Source of the DNA: a virus
Taxonomy: Duplodnaviria > Caudoviricetes
Virus record (IMG/VR): IMGVR_UViG_3300032086_004057
Span: 26,208 to 90,207 of that record
DNA length: 64,000 bases
Reading direction: 5' to 3' (one strand)
Below the pieces are notes generated by a model that made no database searches, was not told the DNA's origin, and saw only the letters and a program-made list of their open reading frames with translations. Shown piece after piece: positions 28,144 through 40,300 of this stretch. The position numbers were made by a program, and so were the translations under genes. The stretch's first letter is position 1; the number at the start of each line of letters is the position of its first letter.

Positions 28144-28857
28144 ATGGATAAAATTAAATCTCTTTCAAGAGACAAAAACGGTTTAGTTTCAGGTGTAGAT
28201 TATATTTTCGACGAAAGTGGTTTAATCGATTGGAGAAAGATGATTAAGCCAGAGTTTCTGGTTCCGAATAGAGATAGGACTAATGAAACAGACGTATCTA
28301 AGCTCAAAGATCACGAGTTGATTATTCTGCTTGGTGGTATTAAAGAACTTGCTCAAATTAGAGGGTATACTGATGTTAGCTACGATGTCACCTGCCCTAG
28401 CTCAGATTATGTAATTGCGACTTGCAAAATTACTTGGACTCCAAATTACGAAACAGAAGGTAAAGAGGTTTCATTTTCGTCTGTAGCTGACGCCTCTCCT
28501 CACAATACAAATGAATTTGGCCAAATCTTTTTAGCTGCTTGCGCTGAAAACAGAGCTTTTGTTAGGTGCGTGAGAAATTTTCTTAGAATCAATGTTGTCA
28601 GCAAAGAAGAGTTAAAGCTAGACTCTTCAAATAAATTTACCGCAACTAAACCAACCGCCTCAAATCAAGAGCATAACGCTGATGGACCCCACCTAATCCT
28701 CTCTAAGACAATGAGAGATAAAGGTGTATCTTTCGAAATAGTTAAAACAAAATTAGTTGAAGAAAACTTTAAGGACGCTGACACATTTGAAAATGTATCT
28801 GACATTCCTAAAAGTAAAGTGTTTGAACTGATTGATAGACTTAAAAAGATCAAATGA
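28144..28857 (+). CDS. Rad52/Sak-like single-strand annealing protein
   Basis: LLGGIKELAQIRG, VIATCKITW, VADAS..NT, ACAENRAFVRCVRNFLRI...SKEEL. Confidence 0.55.
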   Translation: MDKIKSLSRDKNGLVSGVDYIFDESGLIDWRKMIKPEFLVPNRDRTNETDVSKLKDHELIILLGGIKELAQIRGYTDVSYDVTCPSSDYVIATCKITWTPNYETEGKEVSFSSVADASPHNTNEFGQIFLAACAENRAFVRCVRNFLRINVVSKEELKLDSSNKFTATKPTASNQEHNADGPHLILSKTMRDKGVSFEIVKTKLVEENFKDADTFENVSDIPKSKVFELIDRLKKIK

Positions 28858-29438
28858 AGAAAAGTATTATCATTTTAATTCTTGCGGTTAATCTATCTTT
28901 AGCCGCCACTTTTCAATTTAAGGACGGGACTGTAGTAAATGGTGAAATCTTTGAGGAGCCATTTAGTATCGCCAATCCGTCTCCTACTGGAATTTTTTTA
29001 AAAGTAAATGGTAAATTTTATTTACACCACTATCCATCCAAAGTTCTTAAAAAAGAAGTAATTATTGACCACGGTAATGGTACATACACAATCAAAGAAG
29101 AGAATGAAATTGTCCCAACTCCAGCACCTCCCGAAGCGGGAGAAATGAACCCGTATCAATTACCAAACTGTGTTCCAGCTAGAATTAATTTCATTCACTT
29201 TTCGCCCAAAACCCTTAACGATTTATACAAATACTATTTCGCAAGAACCGCATACTTTAAAAAAGTAAATAACCCTCTAGAGTTTCGCAATAATAAAAAT
29301 ATTGCTCTTGGAATTTACAAGGCTGCTTACTCAAAAAAATATAAGCTCAATTCTCCTAAATTAAGCTCAGAATGGAAAGCAAAAGTAAACAAAGAGTATG
29401 GAAAAATTCCGTCCAGCGTTACTTGGTTTGGTAACTAA
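28854..29438 (+). CDS. Secreted/periplasmic hypothetical protein; last gene of the + arm
   Basis: Signal peptide MKKSIIILILAVNLSLA-A followed by TFQFKDGTVVNGEI. Confidence 0.6.
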   Translation: MKKSIIILILAVNLSLAATFQFKDGTVVNGEIFEEPFSIANPSPTGIFLKVNGKFYLHHYPSKVLKKEVIIDHGNGTYTIKEENEIVPTPAPPEAGEMNPYQLPNCVPARINFIHFSPKTLNDLYKYYFARTAYFKKVNNPLEFRNNKNIALGIYKAAYSKKYKLNSPKLSSEWKAKVNKEYGKIPSSVTWFGN

Positions 29439-32400
29439 AGCTTTGATTGATTCCAAAAGTCGTTGTTATGATCAGCTTGCTCCTTAGTCTTTGGAGTAAA
29501 CCTTACACCCTTTAATCCTTTTCTTATGCCACTTAGTTTCACGGTAACTTCTTCAGGTATATTACCTGAGAACGTAATTATTAATTTATTTTCTTTTACT
29601 TTAACCCCACATAGAGCGGGTTCCGTAGTGGTATAACTCACAGCTTTGATTGAGTTTTGCTCGCATACAAAAACGAACTCTGGATCAATTTCTTGCTCTA
29701 TTTTAAGTCTCCCGTTAGCCTTTATAGATACAACGTCTTCGAATCTTACATCAGGAGATTCTACACAATACAAATCTACATATTGACCGCTAACGCTTTC
29801 AACTATGGCCGTTTTAATCGGGTCTCCCGCTTGAGAACTTACATTTCTTACTTCGTCTTCAAAAGTGAAGCCTGACGAATCCCAGCTACTACTGGATACA
29901 TAAGCCCATACTGGTGTCGCGCCATAGCTCGTTAAAACTTGACCGTTTTCACCTTCAGTTTCACCCCCTGAACCGTCACTAGCGACAATTCTACAACCAG
30001 CGGCTGGGTCTATTACCTGCCCAGCTAAATGTATACCTGAACCCGCATTGATATGCATGTTCGCGCCAACATTAAGCTCGGTGTCTGTTATAGTTACCCC
30101 TACATTTACCACGTATGGTAGGTCTGTTGACCCTTGAGCGTCACCCGTAACCCCCAAGTATAAACCATGAACACCATCTAAAGTCCATCTATCATCGTAA
30201 AATATTACTGCTTGAGGCTGTGGTAAATCTCCGTTTCCACTTGGGTAAGCATCTCTATGCAGGTAAATGTGAGGTCTAAAATCAGAATCGTATGAGGTGT
30301 TGCCGCTTTCGTTCTTACAGGCGAATATATTTATACCATTTCCTGTAACATTGTACAAATCTACAGCACGATCAGAGTTGCTCCCAACGCTCACCGTGGG
30401 ATATCTATCTGCTGCTAAACCCTGAGCAAATTGACCTCCAGCTAAAGAATTTCTTTTAATTACTTTATTGCTATCAACTACTAAAACATCAGTCGCGTTA
30501 GAGTCGGTTGATATACAATCCAAGTAAACATCACCACTAAAGTGATGATTGTTTGAGCACTCGGCTCCGAAGAACGAATCCCCAGAAGAGAATAAAGTAG
30601 TTCCTGCTTGACCAATATTTAAAGTCCCAACGTCGCCACCGAAATTTATAGTACCTGGTGTATTTGCTCCAGCCTGATCAAGTATGTTTACGATAGGAGA
30701 CGTTGAAGTGATATCAAAAGCTGAAGTGTTACGTAAACCTAATACAGCCCCGCTGAAAACATGCTGATCGATGTTAGAATCACCAAACTGGGTATGACCC
30801 AGACCCGTTATATTACCCGTTACCAACAAGCTGCCAGCGGTATATATATCTCCGCAGTCTTGATTTATATCCCCTGATACATAATGGATATTGCTGCACG
30901 GGCCTTCCCCAAATGCTTTACCTTGAACGCCTTGAACTCCTTGAGCACCATTATTACCTTGATTACCTTGATTACCTTGAGCTCCAGCGTCTCCTTGATT
31001 ACCTTGAGCACCATTATTTCCAGCGGCACCTTGATTGCCTTGAGCGCCGTTATTTCCAGCGACACCTTGTCTACCTTGGGCACCTTGATCGCCATCTGAT
31101 GGACCTTGAATGCCCTGAACTCCTTGATAACCTTGATTACCTTGATTACCTTGAGCTCCAGCGTTACCTTGATTGCCTTGAGCGCCATTATTACCAGCGG
31201 TACCTTGTCTGCCTTGAGCACCTTGAGCGCCGTTATTCCCAGCGGCACCTTGAGCACCATTATTACCAGCGACACCTTGTCTGCCTTGAGCACCTTGGTC
31301 TCCATCTGATGGACCTTGAACACCCTGAACTCCTTGAGCTCCTTGATTGCCTTGATTACCTTGAGCACCATTATTACCAGCAACGCCTTGTCTACCTTGA
31401 GCACCTTGGTCTCCATCTGATGGGCCTTGAACGCCCTGAACTCCTTGAGCTCCTTGATTACCTTGATTACCTTGAGCACCATTATTACCAGCAACGCCTT
31501 GTCTGCCTTGAGCACCTTGATCTCCATCTGATGGACCTTGAACCCCTTGAACACCTTGGATACCTTGAACGCCTTGTGTACCTTGTCTACCTTGAGCACC
31601 TTGGTCTCCATCAGATGGACCTTGCACACCTTGAATACCTTGAACGCCTTGTGTACCTTGATTGCCTTGGTTACCTTGGTTACCTTGGTTACCTTGAGCG
31701 CCCCCAGCGCCCGCAGCACCTTGAGCGCCGTTATTTCCAGCGACACCTTGTCTGCCTTGAGCACCTTGGTCGCCATCTGATGGACCTTGAACTCCCTGTC
31801 TGCCTTGTGCGCCTTGGGCTCCTTGATTACCTTGATCGCCTTGAGCTCCCGCAACTCCTTGATTACCTTGGTTACCCTGATTACCTTGGTTTCCTTGGTT
31901 ACCCTGATTACCTTTAACGCCTTGAGACCCTTGATTACCCTGAGAGCCTGTAGAACCTTGAGCTCCTTGGTCTCCGTCAGATGGACCTTGAACGCCCTGA
32001 ACTCCTTGAGCTCCTTGATTACCTTGATTACCTTGATTACCTTGAGCTCCAGCGTCTCCTTGATTACCTTGAGCACCATTATTTCCAGCGGCACCTTGAT
32101 TGCCTTGAGCGCCGTTATTTCCAGCGACACCTTGTCTACCTTGGGCACCTTGATCGCCATCTGATGGACCTTGTACACCCTGAGTACCCTGAACACCTTG
32201 AGCACCTTGATCTCCATCAGATGGACCTTGCACACCTTGGATGCCTTGGATACCTTGGATACCTTGAACCCCCTGAATACCTTGGTTACCTTGGTTACCT
32301 TGGTTACCTTGGGCTCCGTTTACACCAGAGACGCCTTGTCTGCCTTGGGCACCTTGATTTCCTTGGTTGCCTTGTCTACCTTGAGCACCTTGGTCTCCAT

Positions 32401-35400
32401 CTGGTGGGCCTTGAACGCCCTGAACTCCTTGAGCTCCTTGATTGCCTTGATTACCTTGGTCTCCTTGAGGCCCGTCGTTACCTTGGCTACCTTGACTTCC
32501 TTGATTCCCTTGATTGCCCTGAGACCCTGTGGCCCCTTGGTTTCCTTGGGCACCTTGATTACCATTGTCCCCTTGAGCTCCTTGATTGCCTTGATTACCT
32601 TGGTTACCTTGAGCACCTTGGTCTCCATCTGATGGACCTTGAACCCCTTGAACCCCTTGAACACCTTGAGCGCCTTGATCTCCATCAGATGGACCTTGTA
32701 CACCTTGGATACCTTGGATGCCTTGAATTCCCTGAGTGCCTTGGGCTCCAGCACTACCTTGATTGCCCTGAGCACCTTGATTGCCCTGAGCACCTTGATT
32801 GCCCTGAGCACCTTGATAGCCTTGATAACCTTGTTCGCCTTGATAGCCTTGATAACCTTGGACACAGCTACCTTTGCATATTGTTATGTCTTCAGTAGTG
32901 TCTATGTTAGCGAAAATTGCATTACCATTAACAAAAACTTCAGTGCTAGAAATCTCAATTTCAGCGTCCACCTGAACGACTTCACTTGGCGTGGCGTTTG
33001 TCGTAAATCTTACGCAGACATTTTCTCCGTGAACCCAGTTTGATTTACTAGATAAAATTTCTAATCTATTATCGTTTAGCTTGTTGTAGCCAGCGGTAAA
33101 ATACGACAAACAAGATGATGTCCCTTGATGCCCTTGGTAACCTTGATACCCTTGATGACCCTGATCACCTTTAGGTGGACAAGGACCATGACAAAATAAG
33201 AAGCCAGCCGTTTTATCCGCAGTTATATTTGCGTATTCTGAATCAAAAGTAACGAGCCACGAATTACTTTGCCCATTATTATTCGGACCTTTGAGTGCGC
33301 CCTGTACTAATTCATAAACTGTTGCAGAACCATTCTCTTGTTGAGAAAGGCTTACACAAACTTTTAATCCATTGACTGAATCATGCGGCCAACATTGACT
33401 TGTAAAAGGGGTTAAAGAAGCATCTGCAAAAGATATTTCTCCCGCAGAAACACTTATATTAGAACTATCGACAATATACTCGCACGCAGGGCATCCTGAA
33501 AGACCTTGATAACCTTGATACCCTTGATAACCTTGATAACCTTGATAACCTTGATAACCTTGGTGGCCCTGATGACCCTGATACCCTTGGTATCCTTGAT
33601 GACCTTGATAACCTTGGTGGCCCTGATGCCCCTGATACCCTTGGTATCCTTGATAACCTTGATACCCTTGGTACCCTTGGTGTCCTTGATAACCTTGGTA
33701 CCCTTGGTGTCCTTGATAACCTTGATACCCTTGATAACCTTGGTGGCCTTGATAGCCTTGGTGACCTTGATATCCTTGATACCCTTGGTAACCTTGGTAA
33801 CCTTGATAACCTTGGTAACCCTGATAACCTTGGTAACCCTGATAACCTTGGTACCCTTGGTAGCCTTGATTCCCCGCTTCGCTACAAACACCGTGGCAAA
33901 CAGTAATAGGGTAAGCACTATAATCTACATCCACTACTGATACTGTAGTACCAGTTACATAAAGGTCGCCAAAATCATCAACATCAATACCTCCGTTTAC
34001 TTTTATTTTTTCGCCGTCATAATTATACCCGTGAAGACAAACGTTTTCACCACTTCTCCAGTCTATTGCAACTTGCGCGGTATCTGGGAAGTAAAGTACA
34101 TTAGTTATTGACGGGTTTGCATCAGGTGAGAATTGTTCATTTGGGAATCCTGAGTAACTAACACACGCGGAAATACCTTGATAACCTTGGTAGCCTTGGT
34201 AGCCTTGGCCTTGGTAGCCTTGATAACCCTGAAAACCTTGATACCCTTGGTTGCCTTGAAGACAATCATCAGCATCAACACCAGATATACCTGGCATGGG
34301 ATTATCAAGCGCGTTGCAAAAAGCAGTTGCTTCACCTGTTGTTCCAAAAATAAAGTGTTCTTGCCCATCTTGTTCATCTGGCTGCTGTAAATTCGCCTCT
34401 ACTGTCCAACGTGTGTTACTATCAGTAGTACCATTCCAGTTTACCCAAACTGATACGTATGGCTTTATAAGTGCTGTTACCTCATCTATGGTAACTCCAG
34501 TTGTAAGAGGCCCAGAGCCATCTCTTGCGGGTGCCCAAGAATCAGTTGGATCACTATCACCACGACTTATATTGAGTAATATATCAGCAGCATCAATACA
34601 ATTTGTAATCGGCTGTTTAACATGATCAGGAGGAGCACCAGTTCTGCACGGGTCATCTGCGGTTAACGTTCTTACGTAATCAATGTCCGAATTAACTATC
34701 GTAATCCAATCAGGTACAGATTGGGGATTAAAAGTAACGTTTAACGTGCCACTATTGCAAACAGAAAGACCAAAATCAAAATCATAAACTACAGCCTCAT
34801 CGCTAGACCCACCTGCGCTCGTGTCTTGAGTGGAGCAATCGTTTGTGCACTGATAACAACCTACGCTTGATACACCGCCAGACGGACCTTGAACGCCTTC
34901 AATTCCTTGATACCCTTGATACCCCTGATGACCTGCACCAGCACCAGAAACTCCTCCGCCTTTTAATACTGGTGTAGAAAGTAATTTATACGAATAAATT
35001 AAAGCATCGCTTTGATTTTCTGGGGCTGGACTATAGTTAGCGCCATATTTTTCTACAGCTTGTCTTACGTTGCTAGAAGCGTATTTGCCACCAGTATGCT
35101 CAATTGGCGCGTTGTATTTTACGCATTGAAGTTTCGCCCCGTTCAATAAAGGAGCAACAAACTCTTGGCTGTATACCCCGAATGCCACTTCGGTTTCATT
35201 TATTAATAGAGAATCCCCGTTTGCCCCTGTTACTTTTAAAAGATTTTCCCTGAAAGCATTTTCAGGTTTTTCAATTACATAAAAATTATTATCTTTTTCT
35301 CTTTTACCTATAAAAAATGTACTTAATTGATTTAAATCGCTGCTGCTAGTTGTAGTAAAAGAATACTTAGTTCCACCATCTTTATTATCGTCTAAACCAA

Positions 35401-35467
35401 CAAGAATAAGCTCCTCTGTTTCAGCAGGAAGCTGTGTAATTTCTGGTATTATAATCGGTCTTGACAT
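29435..35467 (-). CDS. 2010-aa collagen-like (Gly-X-Gln) tail fibre with globular domains and a C-terminal fibre-type domain
   Basis: Hundreds of GXQ triplets, Cys-bounded beta domains, C-terminal [15 protein letters not shown]; located in the tail gene block. Confidence 0.8.
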   Translation of the reverse strand: MSRPIIIPEITQLPAETEELILVGLDDNKDGGTKYSFTTTSSSDLNQLSTFFIGKREKDNNFYVIEKPENAFRENLLKVTGANGDSLLINETEVAFGVYSQEFVAPLLNGAKLQCVKYNAPIEHTGGKYASSNVRQAVEKYGANYSPAPENQSDALIYSYKLLSTPVLKGGGVSGAGAGHQGYQGYQGIEGVQGPSGGVSSVGCYQCTNDCSTQDTSAGGSSDEAVVYDFDFGLSVCNSGTLNVTFNPQSVPDWITIVNSDIDYVRTLTADDPCRTGAPPDHVKQPITNCIDAADILLNISRGDSDPTDSWAPARDGSGPLTTGVTIDEVTALIKPYVSVWVNWNGTTDSNTRWTVEANLQQPDEQDGQEHFIFGTTGEATAFCNALDNPMPGISGVDADDCLQGNQGYQGFQGYQGYQGQGYQGYQGYQGISACVSYSGFPNEQFSPDANPSITNVLYFPDTAQVAIDWRSGENVCLHGYNYDGEKIKVNGGIDVDDFGDLYVTGTTVSVVDVDYSAYPITVCHGVCSEAGNQGYQGYQGYQGYQGYQGYQGYQGYQGYQGYQGYQGHQGYQGHQGYQGYQGYQGHQGYQGYQGHQGYQGYQGYQGYQGYQGHQGHQGYQGHQGYQGYQGHQGHQGYQGYQGYQGYQGYQGYQGLSGCPACEYIVDSSNISVSAGEISFADASLTPFTSQCWPHDSVNGLKVCVSLSQQENGSATVYELVQGALKGPNNNGQSNSWLVTFDSEYANITADKTAGFLFCHGPCPPKGDQGHQGYQGYQGHQGTSSCLSYFTAGYNKLNDNRLEILSSKSNWVHGENVCVRFTTNATPSEVVQVDAEIEISSTEVFVNGNAIFANIDTTEDITICKGSCVQGYQGYQGEQGYQGYQGAQGNQGAQGNQGAQGNQGSAGAQGTQGIQGIQGIQGVQGPSDGDQGAQGVQGVQGVQGPSDGDQGAQGNQGNQGNQGAQGDNGNQGAQGNQGATGSQGNQGNQGSQGSQGNDGPQGDQGNQGNQGAQGVQGVQGPPDGDQGAQGRQGNQGNQGAQGRQGVSGVNGAQGNQGNQGNQGIQGVQGIQGIQGIQGVQGPSDGDQGAQGVQGTQGVQGPSDGDQGAQGRQGVAGNNGAQGNQGAAGNNGAQGNQGDAGAQGNQGNQGNQGAQGVQGVQGPSDGDQGAQGSTGSQGNQGSQGVKGNQGNQGNQGNQGNQGNQGVAGAQGDQGNQGAQGAQGRQGVQGPSDGDQGAQGRQGVAGNNGAQGAAGAGGAQGNQGNQGNQGNQGTQGVQGIQGVQGPSDGDQGAQGRQGTQGVQGIQGVQGVQGPSDGDQGAQGRQGVAGNNGAQGNQGNQGAQGVQGVQGPSDGDQGAQGRQGVAGNNGAQGNQGNQGAQGVQGVQGPSDGDQGAQGRQGVAGNNGAQGAAGNNGAQGAQGRQGTAGNNGAQGNQGNAGAQGNQGNQGYQGVQGIQGPSDGDQGAQGRQGVAGNNGAQGNQGAAGNNGAQGNQGDAGAQGNQGNQGNNGAQGVQGVQGKAFGEGPCSNIHYVSGDINQDCGDIYTAGSLLVTGNITGLGHTQFGDSNIDQHVFSGAVLGLRNTSAFDITSTSPIVNILDQAGANTPGTINFGGDVGTLNIGQAGTTLFSSGDSFFGAECSNNHHFSGDVYLDCISTDSNATDVLVVDSNKVIKRNSLAGGQFAQGLAADRYPTVSVGSNSDRAVDLYNVTGNGINIFACKNESGNTSYDSDFRPHIYLHRDAYPSGNGDLPQPQAVIFYDDRWTLDGVHGLYLGVTGDAQGSTDLPYVVNVGVTITDTELNVGANMHINAGSGIHLAGQVIDPAAGCRIVASDGSGGETEGENGQVLTSYGATPVWAYVSSSSWDSSGFTFEDEVRNVSSQAGDPIKTAIVESVSGQYVDLYCVESPDVRFEDVVSIKANGRLKIEQEIDPEFVFVCEQNSIKAVSYTTTEPALCGVKVKENKLIITFSGNIPEEVTVKLSGIRKGLKGVRFTPKTKEQADHNNDFWNQSKL
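30920..32860 (-). repeat. Main collagen 9-bp-period repeat ([15 protein letters not shown]) with about 12 GP[SP]DGDQ interruptions
   Basis: ccttgNNNN periodicity on the + strand; includes a 156-bp exact direct repeat. Confidence 0.95.
30953..32173. repeat. 156-bp exact direct repeat (30953-31108 and 32018-32173)
   Basis: Compared base by base; offset 1065 bp = 355 codons. Confidence 0.85.
33503..33870 (-). repeat. (GYQ/GHQ)n collagen block of about 40 triplets
   Basis: Translation of the 2010-aa ORF; synonymous codons are varied. Confidence 0.95.
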
Positions 35468-35475
35468 TTCTTAAA

Positions 35476-37332
35476 TTATTTTACTCCAGTTATATATCCA
35501 GTTCTTGAGAAATTTCCACTTCCACTAGCTACTAATATTGCGGTAATAGGAAACACATCAAAGTAATTAGTATTAGCGATTGCAGCCACGAGTTGGTCTT
35601 GCGTGCCTATACTTATCTGTGTATCCTGCCTAAAAGCGTAAAGACCACCAGTATAAGATAATTTATCGACGCTTATTTGTCCATTTTGTCTAAAATTATA
35701 AAAAGAATCCCCTGATCCAGTTAATAAATTAAATACACCAGTAAAATCTTTTGTGTAATTACCAAATACCCCAGAAGTCGAAGCGCCAGAAGACATTACC
35801 GCAGAACCAGAAAAGCCAGTTGGTAAAACAGCCGCCCCAGAGCCACTTGCGGCTGGATTACCACCTGAAAAGGTCACGGTAGGAACCCCAGTGTAACCAG
35901 AGCCTCCTGAAATTAAAGTTACTCCAGTTATTCTTTGACCAAATCCATCTGTGAACCCCGTTAAAGCTTGAAAGCTTGCACCAGAGCCTCCTCCTCCTTC
36001 AATCAAAACAGTTGGAGTTTCAGTGTAGCCGCTTCCAGAAAAATTTATATTAATCCCACTTAAACCAGGTTCTAAAGTAATTTGGGGTATCCCAGAATAA
36101 GAGGAGCCTCCACTAATAATGTTTATAGAAGAAATTGATCCAGCACCGTCAACCGAAGCTGTTCCTGTAGCCTCTATCCCTCCGAATCTTTCACCACTAA
36201 ATTTTACAATCGGTGAACTAAAATAACCCGCCCCGCCATTTGTAATATCTACTGAATTAACTCCAGATAAAATTAAAATTTCAGTAGAGCTATCGTAGCC
36301 ACTTCCGCCATTAATTATATCAATTCCACTAAGTTGACCAAATGAATTTATTTGCCCAGAAACTACAGCACCGCTCCCACTACCACTTACTAATATAGTT
36401 GGTGGCTCTATACTTGAATAGTTAACGCCAGAGCTAAGTATTTCCACCCCTGTAAGCGCCCCCTCGATATCACCAGTAAAACCACTTTCATAAGATAAAG
36501 TAAACTTTAAAGGTAAACCAGTAGCAAGACTACTTGTACCAGTGTATAAATTATGAGTTGCTAAAAATTGCCCAGTTTTTTCGGTAAGAGCTCTTGAGCC
36601 AGATAGATCAAGAAGGTTTTCTTGCTCTTCTAGTAATAGTGAGGGTTCATAAAACGGAGTGGTCCCAGAAACAGTAAATTGATTAGTGGATTCTCCAAAG
36701 CTCGTAAAAAGAGTAACATCAAAAGTGTAGACCGACTGATTCTGAATGCCGCTTATGCCGCTTATCAAAAAATTCCCAGTTCCCAATATTCCAGTGGAAA
36801 TGGAAGTATCTATCGAAAATAATCCAGTGCTATTGCTAGATAATATTTCCCCAGAAAAAATATCAAACTTTCCTAAATCAGCGTTGTTCGCTGTGACTGT
36901 TCCAGTTATTACTCCGCTGTTCCCAACTGCGGTATCAAAAGATATTGCTTCTATTACGGTTTGATCACCAGAACCATTTACAGTCAACGTTTGAAGGTCG
37001 AATTCGCAACCAGTGCAATCAATAAAAAATCTATCTACATCAAAATCTGCTTTAGTTCCACTAAAGTTGATTCTTTCGTCATTAATAAAATAATTATAAT
37101 TATCTTTATTTACAGTTGCATCTATTCTAAATTGACCAGTGTTATAAGAAGAAACGTAATTATTATTTGGGTCAATTATTCTGCCCTCATCGAAATTGAA
37201 TTCAAACTTCTGACTCTCTCCAGAAAAACCAAAAACGCTACTTCCCGTAGTGCTATTTATAGAAGCAGTTAAAGAAAAGTTATAATCACTTTTCTCTTGT
37301 ATTTTTCTATATTTTTCTCCAGAAAAAATCAT
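35476..37332 (-). CDS. Ser/Thr-Gly-rich virion (tail tip/baseplate-type) protein with I.GGSGY...P.V repeats
   Basis: About 4-5 copies of the I(IN/SG)GGSGY..xPTV.F.GG repeat seen in phage baseplate/fibre proteins; about 59 [ST]G dipeptides. Confidence 0.6.
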   Translation of the reverse strand: MIFSGEKYRKIQEKSDYNFSLTASINSTTGSSVFGFSGESQKFEFNFDEGRIIDPNNNYVSSYNTGQFRIDATVNKDNYNYFINDERINFSGTKADFDVDRFFIDCTGCEFDLQTLTVNGSGDQTVIEAISFDTAVGNSGVITGTVTANNADLGKFDIFSGEILSSNSTGLFSIDTSISTGILGTGNFLISGISGIQNQSVYTFDVTLFTSFGESTNQFTVSGTTPFYEPSLLLEEQENLLDLSGSRALTEKTGQFLATHNLYTGTSSLATGLPLKFTLSYESGFTGDIEGALTGVEILSSGVNYSSIEPPTILVSGSGSGAVVSGQINSFGQLSGIDIINGGSGYDSSTEILILSGVNSVDITNGGAGYFSSPIVKFSGERFGGIEATGTASVDGAGSISSINIISGGSSYSGIPQITLEPGLSGININFSGSGYTETPTVLIEGGGGSGASFQALTGFTDGFGQRITGVTLISGGSGYTGVPTVTFSGGNPAASGSGAAVLPTGFSGSAVMSSGASTSGVFGNYTKDFTGVFNLLTGSGDSFYNFRQNGQISVDKLSYTGGLYAFRQDTQISIGTQDQLVAAIANTNYFDVFPITAILVASGSGNFSRTGYITGVK

Positions 37333-40300
37333 GATCGTAAAATATTTCTAGAAAGTAATTTTGGCTCTATTTCCTGAGTAAATAAATCTTGAGCGGGTGG
37401 TTTAGCTGGCCTGTTTGTCCAAGAAGCTGTTGCACTCGAACCATTTTGATCAACTTTTGCGCTAAAGGATACTAAACCTTTTTGCACATTTAAGTACTGT
37501 CCTAAAGTGCCATAGTTTAAGCTACCAAAGTCAACTCTTACATTTTGCTTAGGAGATGAATGACCTAAAAGTTGAACATTTTTTCTTAGAAGCTCGTGAT
37601 ATTCCTCTATGGTTAAAAATCCAACCCCTTGTACATATATATTTGTTATAGTAATTACTTCGTTTGTTACAGGGTCTTTGCTGTTAAATATCGGGCTGTC
37701 TGTATCTAAATTATTTAACTCGATTTGAACCTCGCTAACATTACCAACCGAATGAAAGTCTTCAACTCTAGCACCTAAAAATTGTTCTACTTTATCCTGA
37801 TAGTAAGCGCTTGTTATATCCTCTTTGTAATTAGCTAAATATAAATTATTCAAAGGAACGGTAGCAGGAAAAAGCGGGTTAGGGGTAATCGCCGTACCTG
37901 CTGGTCCTACGATTGTCAACGAACCTCTAATGGGTCCATGAATTTGCCCCTTATTTGTAGGTGGCCAAAACGTTACAGTTAAACCACCCCCCAGTAAATT
38001 AGCAACCCCCTCTGGAAACGGTTCGCCTTCTTTAGCTGCGTATATTTTACCAAAGGCAGTAGTTGGATCGACTGCGCTTGGTGGAAACACCTGATAGCCA
38101 CAATAGTTAGTTGGCTTGCAAACTTCTTCTTCAAGTGAAGATTGGATTTCGCAAGCTAAACTTTTGCTACAATCAATTTCTTGCTGATCGGAGGAGCCTT
38201 TGCTGTTCCAAAAAGGAGACTCTTTAAAGTTTGGCTGCGTTATTATTCTTTGAGTATCACTAGCTCCGACTTTTAGTATTTGCCCTATTCTAGCGGGCTT
38301 GGGTGCTATAACTAAAACAGGAGTAGAGTCTTTTTTGACTAAATCTAAAAATCCATTTATGTCAACCGCAGTCCCCTTAAATCTTGCTCTTATCCTAGTT
38401 TCTATCATTCCTGATATTTTTTGAAACTTAGGTAGAAATGGTTCAGCTAAATCTTTGGTCCCGTCATTAGTCTTACCGTTTACATTTGTTTTCGTTGTAA
38501 AATAATCGTCTGCCTGTTCTTGGGTTATACTCCAAGGCGCGTTTGATCTCTCGAATATTTTTAGCCTTGGATCAGCAGCGCTTTGACCCCAAGGATTGAT
38601 TGGAATTGGACCCCACAAATATTTAGCGAAAGGAAGTCTTTCTGTAATAAATCCTCTAGTCTGGAAAGACGTAGAAGCCTCTTTGTTGCTATTTGAAACG
38701 TCTACAGGCTCTGGGGTTAATGAACTTTTCGCCTCGTATCTCCAGTCGCTACCAGTAAAACAAACTTTATACCCACCGTATTTTTCGTCCGCAAACGTAT
38801 TTAAATTGGTGTAGAAATATTTACCCATCACATTTTCTGCCCAATTTTTTTCAAACTCTAAGTGTCTTTCCGCTAAATCTGGACTATATAAAGCTAAAAA
38901 CATGTCCACATCAGGTATCTGAACTGGAACAGTAAATTTATCAATTATGTCTTGATAAGTCTCAGTGTCTAAACACTCGTCTATTATTTCTCGTCTAAGA
39001 TTAGCGTTAATAGAAGCTACGTATTGTAAACCTAAACACCCATAAACATTTCCGCCATTTCCTTGAGCTACGTCATTACCAGCCAAAAAGATATTAAAAA
39101 GAGTCCTAATATTAGTATTGTATTTAGCTAAATAACAAGAAGCGTTAAAATTCTGTTCGTTTCTAAAGCTTCTAAATTTTGTGGTTAAAAGATCGCTACT
39201 TGCAAAGCACTTGTAAGCAGTACCATAATAAGTTGTTTTATTGTAAGACCTTAAAGTCCTTTTTCTTTTGTAAGAAGTTACTAAATTCTTTTTAAATGTA
39301 CCTTCTAAATTTTTACTTTCTGAAATTGACTCTATTAAAGCATCGTCGCCCGCTTTTATTAATTTAGCTGTACTAGAAATTTGATCTAGAGTTTTACCTC
39401 TAGCTGGTGAATTTAAATCTATTTCACCGACAGTTGGCCTTTCGTTTGCGGTAGCTAATTCTTGAGCAAAATCATAATAAAATGTACAACCAAAAAGAGC
39501 GCACCAATCGTTTAAAACTTTTCTTAAAGTGCCAGTGAAATTTTTTCTAAGATATGAAAAACCATTAATTTCAGATTTGTCAAAAATATTTATATCTATG
39601 CCAAAAGCTCGGCAAGCTTCTTTAAGCTCAAAAAACGAATAGTCTACAGCCGCAAGATCGCAACTAGTTTTTGTGAACTTTTCTTTACCAAGGAATATGT
39701 AACCTCCGTCAACTGTATTTCCCGTAAAACATTTATTCAGATTCGCTTCCCTTAAAAGTCTCTGTGTAAATATTGGATTTATTGCGATTGGATTAGCGGG
39801 AATATCTGCGGGTGAATTTTGAAGGAGTTCATTATAAAAATCACTACCAATAGCATTTAATATTTGAACACCTTGAGCATTTACGGGGCCAATTTGATTA
39901 TTCTGAAAGCAAGGAGGACAAGATAGTGGAATTATTGCGGTATTGTCAGCTTCACCTAACGGACTTTTTAAAAATCTTTCATCTAAAGTATGAGTTCCTA
40001 TAAGACCAATAAAAACTCTATCTAATATATGGGAACCGTCTGTTAATTCTAACTCTAAGGTTTTATCAGAGCTTGAAGTATTTTTTTTAAATCCTTTTAC
40101 ATAACATTTTATGGTTAAATCATCTCCAATTTTTAAGTAATAAGGTGAGGTATAATCTAAATTTGGAGTAGGATCATAAATCCCATTTTGATTCATTAGC
40201 CCAAGATTTAAGGAGGTTGGCTTTTCATTTATGCCAAAATCCATATTTATAGCTCTTATAAAAGCAAGATTTTCGAATTTGCCAGCTTCAGCGCCAGCAA

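Noticed and set aside
30900-33900. CRISPR array (regular repeats plus a Cas4-like gene)
   Set aside because: Repeats are 9-bp coding triplet units without unique spacers; no cas1/cas2; the Cas4-like gene sits in a replication context.
30865-34390. Many long alternative-frame ORFs (LKV/IKV, LDYL, ITL repeats)
   Set aside because: Stop-free by-products of the 9-bp collagen periodicity; only the GXQ frame continues into globular domains.
29435-35467. Diversity-generating retroelement acting on the fibre
   Set aside because: No reverse transcriptase and no template/variable repeat pair with adenine-specific mismatches; the 156-bp repeat is exact.
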